DNA of 44,620 nt from an uncultured delta proteobacterium (GTDB taxonomy: Bacteria; Myxococcota_A; Polyangia; Polyangiales; Ga0077539): the NCBI GenBank assembly GCA_903860995.1, contig CAIOSS010000784.1:1-44620 (forward strand), written 5' to 3'. A model generated the notes under the pieces. That model searched no databases. It was given only the letters and a program-made list of their open reading frames with translations, and was not told the DNA's origin. Position numbers and translations under genes: made by a program. Below are positions 8,297 to 15,359 of this stretch, one piece after another (position 1 is the stretch's first letter; every line of letters starts with the position of its first letter).

Positions 8297-8971
8297 CTAC
8301 GAAGAGTGGGGTGGCGTGGGGCGGCGCGACCGCCGTCGTGCTTCCCAGAGCGCGCCGACGAGCAGCGCGCCGAGGAGGACCCTGCCCACCGAGAACTGCC
8401 CGCTCCGGTCGCGCACGTACCAGGGACCCGTACCCGCCCCAGGCGCGCGGGGCGTGCCGCCGGTCCCGGGCGCGCGGGGGGTCGCACTCCTCACCAGCCC
8501 GCGGGGGGCCGCCGTGACCCCGACCGACCCGCTCCTCGCCGGCGCCGTCCGGGCCTCGGGCACGGCGGCGGCCTCGATCCATCGGACGGCCGACTCGCGG
8601 GGGCGCACCCGCGCGATCACGGCATCGAAGAGGCCGAGGGGCTTCGCCGCGGGCGTCCGGGCGTAGACCGCGAGGCCGCCCGCGCGCGTCGCCCCGGACG
8701 GTGCGGTCGCGGGATGGTGGAGCTCGAGGGTCACCACCTCGGGCTCGGACGCGCAGCGGTACTGCCCGGTGACCTGGCGCGTGGTCACGTGCGCGCTGGC
8801 GAGGCGGCAGCCGCCCGGCAACAGGTCGGGCCCCCCCAGCATCGCGCTGAAGAGCGGCTCCTGCCCGGGCGGGAGCACGGGCAGGAGCTCGTCGGGCCGC
8901 GCCGACCGGGGGGGCGGCCGGTCGCAGCCGAGCGCGAAGCCGGCGAGCAGGAGCAGGGCGGCGCGGGTCAT
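8297..8971 (-). CDS. Small lipoprotein with C-terminal hydrophobic segment and Arg-rich tail
   Basis: This is the 3' 675 nt of track ORF 8297-10519. ATG 8971 overlaps the stop (8968-8970) of the upstream membrane-protein gene as ATGA. The N-terminus MTRAALLLLAGFALGC is a good lipobox. The C-terminus reads GRVLLGALLVGALWEARRRSRR. Confidence 0.7.
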   Translation of the reverse strand: MTRAALLLLAGFALGCDRPPPRSARPDELLPVLPPGQEPLFSAMLGGPDLLPGGCRLASAHVTTRQVTGQYRCASEPEVVTLELHHPATAPSGATRAGGLAVYARTPAAKPLGLFDAVIARVRPRESAVRWIEAAAVPEARTAPARSGSVGVTAAPRGLVRSATPRAPGTGGTPRAPGAGTGPWYVRDRSGQFSVGRVLLGALLVGALWEARRRSRRPTPPHSS

Positions 8972-10653
8972 GGGACGTCCCACCGCAGGACGGCGAGGCG
9001 CACCACCGCGTCGGCGCTCGGCATCTCGAACTGGGGCGGCCGGGAGCGCGCCAGGGGGCGCGTGGCCACCACCCGCCAGGGCGCCGCGCCCAGCGCGCGC
9101 GCGCACTGGGGCAGCAGCCGCCCGTAGGGCGAGGCGGTCATCGGCTGCGGGGCGGCACCCCCCTCCGACGGCGCCGGGAAGGAAGACCGGTCGATGAAGC
9201 ACGCCCGGTCGAGCATCAGGAAGACCGGGCGGTCGCGCCCGGGCCGTAGCGAAGGGAGGGCGGCAGCGCGGATGATCGACCACGAAGGCCGTTGTACCGC
9301 GATCCACTGCGCCGGGAGGTGAGTGAGGGGGTCGTCGTCGAAGGTCACCGCCGTCGCGTCGCGCGGGGCCGCCGCGAGGACGTCGCGGAAGAAGTGGTAC
9401 TCCGCGGTGAGCGGGAGGTCGGGGCGGTACCCGAGGGGGCGCCGCGCGAGCGAGACCGCCGCGAGCAGCGCGACCGCGGCCGGGGCCGCCGCACCCCAGC
9501 GCGGCCCGAGGCCCCGGGCGGCCAGGCCCACGCACGCCGCGACGGGGAGCAGGAGCAGCGCCATCGAGAGCAGCTGGTGTCGCAGGTGGGTGGGGAACCA
9601 GCCGCTGCGCACGAGCCCGCCCTCCAGCAGCGCGACGGCGGCCGGGAGCAGCACGCCCAGGGCGAGGCGCCCGTCGCGCCGGGCCACGCACCACAGCGCC
9701 AGGAGCACCGGCGAGCCCAGCATGGCCCAGGCCTGCCACCGCGGGATGAAGGGTTCGAACCACCCCATCCAGTGCGCGTTGCGGCCGACGGCGCCGTCGA
9801 ACGCCCACGGCAGCGCCGGCGAGCCGAAGTAGCCGGGCGTCGCGGTCTGCTGGCGCCAGGCGAGCAGCACCTGGACGGCCTGGGGTAGCAGCAGAAGCGT
9901 CATCGCGCCGCAGACGGCGAGCGCGGCGCGCCACGGCGTCCGCCTCGACGGCGTGCGCGCCGAGAGGAGGGCGGGCACCGCGAGGGCCGAGAGCGGGAGC
10001 GTGACCTCCCGGGCGCCCGCCCCCAGGCAGAGGAGCGCGGTGCCCAGCGCGAGCGTGCCGCGCAGCCCGTCGCGGGCCCCCGCGTGCAGGAGCGCCATCC
10101 CGGCCAGGCAGAGCCCTGACCCCGAGACCAGGAACTCGTCGGTGGGCCCGAGCGCGATCGCCAGGGGCTGCAGCCCGAGGAGCGCCGCGGCGGCCCACCC
10201 CGCGGCCCGCGAGCCCGTGACCTGCGCGGCGAAGGCCGCCAGCGCGACGACCGAGGTCGCGGAGAGCAGGGCGTCGAAGAGGAAGGTGCTCTCGTCCGCG
10301 ACGCCCACGACGGCGCCGAAGAGGCGGAGCAGGAGGATGTGCGCCGAGGGGACGCCGTGCGACTCGGCCGACTCGTTCACGGCGCCCAGCGACGACACGT
10401 GGTGGTAGCCGTGGTGGTTCTCGTGGATGAGGGTGTGCGTCGCCAGGCCCCAGCGGAGCGCGAACGCGAGCACGAAGAGCGCTGCGCCGAGGGCCGCGTC
10501 GCGCCGACGGCCGACCCACGGAACCCCCGCGAGCTCGCCGACGGCGCGCGGGAGGGCCGCGAGCGCCGCGACGGCGAGCGCCAGGAAGACGAGCACCGGG
10601 AACGTGCGGAACGTGGGCTGGAGGAGCAGCTGCAGCGAGATGCCGGGGCTCAT
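8968..10653 (-). CDS. Polytopic membrane protein, HENHH family paralogue 1 (GT-C-like topology, function unknown)
   Basis: The track ORF is 8968-10695 (GTG). ATG 10653 (MSPGISLQLLLQ...) matches the N-terminal length of the paralogues. By eye there are about 10-12 hydrophobic segments. The invariant HTLIHENHHGY is encoded at 10405-10437. A C-terminal soluble part of about 150 aa follows. It is paralogous to 26790-28469 and 38690-40378. Confidence 0.85.
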   Translation of the reverse strand: MSPGISLQLLLQPTFRTFPVLVFLALAVAALAALPRAVGELAGVPWVGRRRDAALGAALFVLAFALRWGLATHTLIHENHHGYHHVSSLGAVNESAESHGVPSAHILLLRLFGAVVGVADESTFLFDALLSATSVVALAAFAAQVTGSRAAGWAAAALLGLQPLAIALGPTDEFLVSGSGLCLAGMALLHAGARDGLRGTLALGTALLCLGAGAREVTLPLSALAVPALLSARTPSRRTPWRAALAVCGAMTLLLLPQAVQVLLAWRQQTATPGYFGSPALPWAFDGAVGRNAHWMGWFEPFIPRWQAWAMLGSPVLLALWCVARRDGRLALGVLLPAAVALLEGGLVRSGWFPTHLRHQLLSMALLLLPVAACVGLAARGLGPRWGAAAPAAVALLAAVSLARRPLGYRPDLPLTAEYHFFRDVLAAAPRDATAVTFDDDPLTHLPAQWIAVQRPSWSIIRAAALPSLRPGRDRPVFLMLDRACFIDRSSFPAPSEGGAAPQPMTASPYGRLLPQCARALGAAPWRVVATRPLARSRPPQFEMPSADAVVRLAVLRWDVP

Positions 10654-10710
10654 CGGGGGTGCGCTAGGGGTCTCTATGCCCGAGATCCCACGCACCGCAT
10701 ACCGCGGCGT

Positions 10711-11259
10711 TCACGGTCCGCCGGCGAGCACGAGCGAGCGCCCGTCTCGCCCGCCGCGCAGGGCGCCGCCGACCTCGCGCACCGCGACCTCGAGGCGCAC
10801 CCGCCGGCCGACCAGGAGCGCGGGGTTCGACTGGAGGAAGATGCACAGCTCGGCGTTGCTGGACTGCAGCCCGTCGCCCCACGCCTCGAGGCCGGCCCCG
10901 AGCCGTCGCCGCAGCGGGGGCCCGAGGATCGACAGCACCTCCGCGGAGTCATGGTCGACGACGCGGAACGACACGTAGAGGTCGGGCGAGAGCCCCGCGA
11001 CGCGCAGCCGCGCGAAGAGGTGCACGCCCCCCTGCGGGCCGCGCGTCGGGGCGAGCGCCGCGCCGTCCGCGAGGTCCTCCCACGCCGATCGACCGGTGCC
11101 GAGCGTGACGGCGGCGCTGCCAGGGGGGAGGGCGAAGAGGTCGGCCGGCCGCGGCCCGCCGTCCATGTCGACCGGCGCACCGGGCGTCTCCCCGGCGCAC
11201 GCCAGGAGGCCCAGGAGGACGGTCAGGGGGGCGGAGGGGGGCGGGAAGAGTGGGCGCAT
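10711..11259 (-). CDS. Hypothetical lipoprotein
   Basis: This is a 182-aa ORF starting at ATG 11259 with the signal/lipobox LTVLLGLLACAG. It has good G/C third-position bias. It is the first gene of the minus-strand string 11259->5360. I recognised no domain. Confidence 0.6.
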   Translation of the reverse strand: MRPLFPPPSAPLTVLLGLLACAGETPGAPVDMDGGPRPADLFALPPGSAAVTLGTGRSAWEDLADGAALAPTRGPQGGVHLFARLRVAGLSPDLYVSFRVVDHDSAEVLSILGPPLRRRLGAGLEAWGDGLQSSNAELCIFLQSNPALLVGRRVRLEVAVREVGGALRGGRDGRSLVLAGGP

Positions 11260-11327
11260 GAACCGCCGCGAGCGGCGCTCCTTCGACCAGACTGTAGTGC
11301 GTTCCGGCGCACCGGGCGTCTCCCCGG
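11172..11327. repeat. Perfect 24-bp direct repeat ccggcgcaccgggcgtctccccgg (11172-11195 and 11304-11327)
   Basis: Read directly. One copy lies inside the 5' coding region of 10711-11259, where it encodes GETPGAPV. The other lies in the intergenic region right next to iteron cluster 2. Confidence 0.9.
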
Positions 11328-11333
11328 TCTGAG

Positions 11334-11402
11334 CGTTGAAACGTCTGAACGTCTCAGCGCCTTATCGTCTGGACGACGAAGCGTCCGAGGGTCTAGACGT
11401 CT
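11334..11402. promoter_or_regulatory. Iteron cluster 2, upstream of parA (candidate partition site/operator)
   Basis: cgttgaaacgtct at 11334-11346 is identical to 5290-5302. It is followed by gaacgtct (11347-11354), atcgtctggacga (about 11364-11376) and the AGACGTCT palindrome at 11395-11402. The cluster ends 6 nt before the proposed parA GTG. Confidence 0.65.
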
Positions 11403-11407
11403 CGGCC

Positions 11408-12100
11408 GTGATCGTTGCACTGACCGGACAGAAGGGCGGCGTCGGCAAGAGCACCCTGGCGATCTGCATCGCCGCGGAGCTGCTCGCCCGGCGCCACAAG
11501 GTGCTGCTCGTCGACGCCGATCCGCAGGGGACGATCCGCACCTGGGGCGAGGTCGCGGTCGACGCGGGGCAGCCCCTCCCGAGCATCGTCGCCATGGGCT
11601 CGACGATGCACCGGGCCGACCAGCTCCCGACGGTGCGCCTGGGCTACGACGACGTGATCATCGACTGTCCGCCGCGGCACGGGGAGATCCAGCGCTCGGC
11701 GCTCATGGTGGCCGACATGGCGATCCTGCCGTGCGGCCCCTCGTCGGCGGACGCCTGGGCGCTCGGGGCGAGCATCGACCTGGTCAACGAGGCGCGGACG
11801 CTGCGCTCCGACCTCGAGGTGCGCATCCTGATCACCCGCAAGCAGGGCCGGACGGCGCTGGGGCGGAGCGCCCGCGAGGAGCTCGAGAAGAGCGGCATCG
11901 AGCTGCTCAAGACCGAGGTCGGCTACCGGGTCGCGTTCGCCGAGGCGCTCGGCGCGGGGCAGGGGGTGACCGCGTACGCCCCCAAAGACGCTGCGGCAGA
12001 TGAGACCCGCGCGCTGGTCAGTGAGCTGCTGCTCTGGGAGAAGAATCATGGCACGCAAGAAGCCCCCGCTCAGCCTGCGAAGGCCGGGCGACGTCGTTGA
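11408..12100 (+). CDS. parA: ParA-family partition ATPase (deviant Walker A)
   Basis: Track ORF 11336-12100 starts at a TTG inside the iterons. The in-frame GTG at 11408 gives VIVALTGQKGGVGKST, with the Walker A motif at the usual distance from the N-terminus. Further ParA-like segments are LLVDADPQG and DDVIIDCPP. The start is uncertain. Confidence 0.85.
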   Translation: MIVALTGQKGGVGKSTLAICIAAELLARRHKVLLVDADPQGTIRTWGEVAVDAGQPLPSIVAMGSTMHRADQLPTVRLGYDDVIIDCPPRHGEIQRSALMVADMAILPCGPSSADAWALGASIDLVNEARTLRSDLEVRILITRKQGRTALGRSAREELEKSGIELLKTEVGYRVAFAEALGAGQGVTAYAPKDAAADETRALVSELLLWEKNHGTQEAPAQPAKAGRRR

Positions 12101-12410
12101 CCCGCAGCGGGCCGAGCACTTCGTCCGCGGCCTGACGCCCGCGGCGCCCGTCGAGGCCCCAGCCCCGGCGGTGGTGCCGCCGGACGTCGAGGCGTCCAGA
12201 CGTCCAGACGTCCAGGCGCCCGCCGTGTCGGGGTCGAAGGCACTGGTGTATCGCAAGCGCACCGACGACCACCGCCGCCGGATGACCATCTACCTCCCGG
12301 AAGACCTCTCGCGCCGACTGCGCCTCTACGCCGCCCAGCACGACCAGGACTACAGCGTCGTGCTCGCCGAGGCCCTGGACGCCCTGCTCGCCCGCAAGGG
12401 CGTCCGCTGA
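12048..12410 (+). CDS. Ribbon-helix-helix (CopG/ParG-like) protein, probable centromere-binding partner of ParA
   Basis: ATG 12048 is preceded by GGGAG (12036-12040, 7-nt spacing). The C-terminus RRMTIYLPEDLSRRLRLYAAQHDQDYSVVLAEALDALLARK has the beta-strand plus two-helix RHH pattern. The gene overlaps the parA 3' end by 53 nt. The track ORF begins at 12000. Confidence 0.7.
   Translation: MARKKPPLSLRRPGDVVDPQRAEHFVRGLTPAAPVEAPAPAVVPPDVEASRRPDVQAPAVSGSKALVYRKRTDDHRRRMTIYLPEDLSRRLRLYAAQHDQDYSVVLAEALDALLARKGVR
12193..12216 (+). repeat. 8-bp tandem cgtccaga x3 (iteron-related) inside the RHH gene
   Basis: cgtccaga occurs at 12193-12200 and 12201-12208, and cgtccagg at 12209-12216. ggacgtcgagg precedes it. 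The motif is the complement-type of the GTCTGGACG iteron half-sites. Confidence 0.8.
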
Positions 12411-12435
12411 GCGCACCTGAGGGCGCCCCGCAGCC

Positions 12436-12452
12436 GGCGGGTCACGCCCGCC
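12436..12452 (+). terminator. GC-rich hairpin after the RHH gene (candidate intrinsic terminator)
   Basis: The stem is ggcggg (12436-12441) pairing with cccgcc (12447-12452), with loop tcacg. attccattaat follows. There is no clean U-tract. Confidence 0.3.
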
Positions 12453-12660
12453 ATTCCATTAATGAGATCACTTCCGACTTCATTGCAGAGTTGCAATGAA
12501 ATCGGTGTACCAGGATTGCACACTAGTGAAGTGATTTGCCTCGCAAGGCGCGGACAGGTCTCCCATGTCACACGTGTGGAATAATCCCCGTCTTACGGCG
12601 CCGTAATTACGGTGCTAGTCTGAATTATATCTAATGAACAGGAGCTCAGCAGAGCGCCTT
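12453..12660. promoter_or_regulatory. About 210-bp low-GC intergenic region with nested inverted repeats
   Basis: gatcacttc (12466-12474) pairs with gaagtgat (12528-12535). cattgca (12481-12487) pairs with tgcaatg (12492-12498). cacacgtgtg is a palindrome. Half-sites TTACGG / CCGTAA / TTACGG at 12594-12612 form two overlapping palindromes, ttacggcgccgtaa and ccgtaattacgg. AGGAG lies at 12640-12644, before ATG 12661. Confidence 0.5.
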
Positions 12661-12777
12661 ATGGCGTCCTTCACGCTCACCCTGATGTTCAACGCGTGCA
12701 CCGCGTCGAGCCGGCCGGCCGACGCGTAGGCCGCGCCCGAGGCGGCGGCGCCGACCGCCGTCGCGGGTCAGCCGCTG

Positions 12778-14481
12778 GTGCTCCGCGCGACCACGCCGCT
12801 GGGGATGGCGGAGGCCATCGAGGTGGCCTTCGGCGAGGACGGGCGGCTGGTGATCTGCGGCGCGCGCATCGGCCCGATGGTCGTCGACGCCAGCGACCAG
12901 GCCGCGCCGCGCCCCTACCCCCCGACGGTGACGACCCTCGGCGCCGCAAAGTACCGGCGCTGCTCGCACGTTACGGTAGCGGGCTCGGTGGCCTACGTGA
13001 CGTTCCGGGCCGACTCGACCATGCCCTCGTACCTCGCGGCGGTGGAGCTGTCCGCCGCCCCGGCGGTCGTGGCGGTCTACAACGCGCCGGCCGGGCGGGT
13101 GTTCGAGGCCTCCGTCGCGCGCAACGGCCTGGTGATGGTGGCGATGCACCAGGACGGCCTGGGCGTGTTCGAGCGCGCGGGCGAGGCCTTCACGGAGCGC
13201 GCGACGCTCGGCGGCCTCACCAACGCCTACGGCCTCGCGCTCGACGGCAGCACGCTCTGTGTCGCCGACGGCGAGGGGGGCCTGGCCACGGTGGACGTCA
13301 GCGACCCGGGCGCCCCGCGGGTCGTCGGCCGGGTCGCGACCGGCGGGGTTGCGCAGTCGGTGGTGGTCGACCCCTCCAACCACATGGCGTACGTGAACGT
13401 GGGGGCCGGCGGCGTCGTGATCGTCGACGTGGCGCGCCCCGAGGCGCCGGCGCTCGCCGGTCGGGTCGCGACCGGTGGGACGGTCGGGCAGCTCTCCGTG
13501 GAGAGTGGGCGGCTCTACGTGGCGGCGTGGCGCGACGTGCGGGTGTACGCCCTCGACGACCCCCGACGCCCCGCCCTCGTCGGCGTCGCCCGGCCCGCCC
13601 AGAACGACCAGCTCGTGCGGGTGATGGGCGTCGCCGCGCACGGGGATGCCGTCGCGGTCGCCAACTGGAACTACCTACAGACGTGGCGCTTCCGTCCGGG
13701 GTACGCGGCGCCATACCTCGAGACCTCGCCCGAGCCGGTGGCGCTCGGCCGCACCGCCGTCGGCGCTACTACGGATGCCTTCTTCGTCGTCGAGAACCTC
13801 GGGCGCGCCCCGCTCGCGGGCCTCACCGCGCGGAGCGATGACCCAGCGTTCGAGGTGGATCCCGCGTCCCTGACCCTCGAAGCCGGTGAGAGCCGCGAAC
13901 TGCGTGTGCGCTACCGCGCGGCCGACCTGACGCCGCGCCGCGCGACGCTCGCGCTGCAAGGCGACGGCGACGCAGCGAACGCCGTCGCGGTCGAGCTGCA
14001 CGCGAACTCCGTCCACCTCACTGTAGGCGACCGTGCGCCCGACGAGGTCGTGCAGCGCGCCGACGGCTCGGAGTGGCGCCTCGCCGACCAGCGCGGCCAC
14101 GCGGTGCTGCTCACCTACTTCAGCACGTGGTGCCCGGTCTGCGGCCTCGACCTGCCCGACGTCGAGGTGAACGTCTGGCGTCGCTACCGCGCGCGCGGCC
14201 TCGAGGTGGTCGGCGTCGACCCGCCCCTGGCCACGTTCCGTGCGCCCGACACGCTCGCCGACGTGGCCGCGTTCGTCCGCTACCTGGGCCTCACCTTCCC
14301 ACTGGGGGTGTCGACGACGTCGGTCTACGACACCCTGCGCATGGGGCGCAGCGACGAGTCCGCCCCCTTCCCGCTGACAGTGCTCGTCGACCCGGCCGGG
14401 CGCATCGCCTACCTCGGCAACACCATCAATCCGGTCGCCCTCGACGCCGCCATCGAGCGCACACTGTCGGGAGCCCCGTGA
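12778..14481 (+). CDS. LVIVD-repeat beta-propeller + Ig-like + TlpA/redoxin (WCPVC) protein; N-terminus possibly disrupted
   Basis: This is a 567-aa ORF from GTG 12778. LVIVD-like units include GGLATVDVSDPGAPRVVG, GGVVIVDVARPEAPALAG and VRVYALDDPRRPALVG. A middle beta-sandwich-like segment follows. The C-terminal thioredoxin fold reads VLLTYFSTWCPVCGLDLP. An in-frame ATG 12661 plus a short hydrophobic peptide is cut off by TAG 12727-12729 (see findings). Confidence 0.8.
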   Translation: MLRATTPLGMAEAIEVAFGEDGRLVICGARIGPMVVDASDQAAPRPYPPTVTTLGAAKYRRCSHVTVAGSVAYVTFRADSTMPSYLAAVELSAAPAVVAVYNAPAGRVFEASVARNGLVMVAMHQDGLGVFERAGEAFTERATLGGLTNAYGLALDGSTLCVADGEGGLATVDVSDPGAPRVVGRVATGGVAQSVVVDPSNHMAYVNVGAGGVVIVDVARPEAPALAGRVATGGTVGQLSVESGRLYVAAWRDVRVYALDDPRRPALVGVARPAQNDQLVRVMGVAAHGDAVAVANWNYLQTWRFRPGYAAPYLETSPEPVALGRTAVGATTDAFFVVENLGRAPLAGLTARSDDPAFEVDPASLTLEAGESRELRVRYRAADLTPRRATLALQGDGDAANAVAVELHANSVHLTVGDRAPDEVVQRADGSEWRLADQRGHAVLLTYFSTWCPVCGLDLPDVEVNVWRRYRARGLEVVGVDPPLATFRAPDTLADVAAFVRYLGLTFPLGVSTTSVYDTLRMGRSDESAPFPLTVLVDPAGRIAYLGNTINPVALDAAIERTLSGAP

Positions 14482-15359
14482 GGCGCCCGACAGGCCGCCG
14501 GGCCGCCGGGCTCCTCCTGCTCCTCGCGCTGGGGGCCGGCTGCGCGCCCGAGCCCGGCGCTCTGGCCAGCGCCCCCCCGGCGGCGGGGGACGCGCCAGCG
14601 GCCCGCTGCGCGCCCGGCATGACCTGGGTCGGGATCGTCGAGGGCCGCGTCGTCGACGAGCGCGGCGAGGCGCTCCCCGACGAGCGCGTCGGCTTGTGCG
14701 GGGCGACGTGCTTCGGCTCCAACACCCGCTCCGACGGCCGCTTCTCGGTCCACGCCGACTTCTGCTTCCCCACCTCACGGGAGTTCCCGCAAGGCGCGGT
14801 CTTCGACGTGTACGGGCTCGGCTACCGCCCGGACGTGTCCATCGGCTTCAACCCCCGCGAGCTCGCGTCCCTCGAGCACGTCTCGCTCGGCGACGTGAGG
14901 CTGCCCGGGCTCTTCGGCGCGCCGTCGGTGCCCGTGCCGGGCGCGGCCGACCCGGCGCAGCGCCTCACGCTGCCCGACGGCTTCTCCCTCTCGATCGCGC
15001 CCGACAGCCTCGCGCTGGGGTTCAACAGCATCGCGCGCGTGAGCGCGGTGCGCGTCGAGCGCGCCGACCTGCCCCCCTTCCACGGTCGCGACGACGCGGG
15101 GTTGAGCGCCTTCTACGCGCTCACCCCGTCGGGCGCCCGCTGCAGGCGGCCGGCGCCCGCCACGCTGCCGAACGACGCGAGCCTCGCGGCCGGCGCCGAG
15201 GTCGAGATCGTGATGGTGGGTGAGCCCCTGGCGGGCGACGTCCTCCCGCCCGGGTCGATCGGCGTCGTCGACCGGGGGCGCGTGACGGCCGACGGCCGGT
15301 CGATCGTCACCGACCGCGGCCTGCCCTTTCTCGGGTGGGTGGGCTACCGCGTGCCCTGA
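14478..15359 (+). CDS. Lipoprotein with CarboxypepD_reg-like beta-sandwich segment
   Basis: GTG 14478 overlaps the upstream stop as GTGA. The N-terminus RRAAGLLLLLALGAGC is a lipobox. GRVVDERGEALPDERVGLCG...SDGRFSV resembles the carboxypeptidase regulatory-like domain. Track ORF 14073-15359 is in the same frame. Confidence 0.65.
   Translation: MRRPTGRRAAGLLLLLALGAGCAPEPGALASAPPAAGDAPAARCAPGMTWVGIVEGRVVDERGEALPDERVGLCGATCFGSNTRSDGRFSVHADFCFPTSREFPQGAVFDVYGLGYRPDVSIGFNPRELASLEHVSLGDVRLPGLFGAPSVPVPGAADPAQRLTLPDGFSLSIAPDSLALGFNSIARVSAVRVERADLPPFHGRDDAGLSAFYALTPSGARCRRPAPATLPNDASLAAGAEVEIVMVGEPLAGDVLPPGSIGVVDRGRVTADGRSIVTDRGLPFLGWVGYRVP

Larger units (their letters stand above)
3885..12452. mobile_element. 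Putative plasmid/integrative-element-derived backbone (recombinase ... ParA-RHH) carrying a 6-kb lipoprotein/membrane-protein block
   Basis: A tyrosine recombinase lies at one end and a type-Ib-like ParA/RHH pair at the other. The two ends share iterons. Both outer edges are low-GC intergenic regions. I could not define att sites or boundaries, so the limits are provisional. Confidence 0.3.

Noticed and set aside
8297-8400. C-terminal hydrophobic segment + RRRSRR tail of the 224-aa lipoprotein considered as a MYXO-CTERM/PEP-CTERM-type sorting signal
   Set aside because: It lacks the Cys-containing (MYXO-CTERM) or PEP signature motif that precedes the helix in those signals. I therefore treat it only as a generic C-terminal anchor.
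4355-9127. 1590-aa plus-strand ORF, the longest in the track
   Set aside because: Its translation is Arg/Pro/Gly/Ala-rich and low in complexity. It runs antisense or out of frame across four genes that have clear family signatures (recombinase, FG-GAP, Cys-rich and lipoprotein genes). This is a typical high-GC shadow ORF.
8972-10519. Upstream 515 codons of track ORF 8297-10519
   Set aside because: This part overlaps, out of frame, the membrane-protein gene 8968-10653, which has three paralogues. Only the last 224 codons, from ATG 8971 with its lipobox, look coding.
3885-12660. Prophage interpretation of the recombinase/ParA region
   Set aside because: I saw no capsid, terminase, portal, tail or lysis genes. 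The cargo consists of envelope lipoproteins and a membrane protein. A plasmid- or ICE-like backbone is the more economical reading, and even that is tentative.
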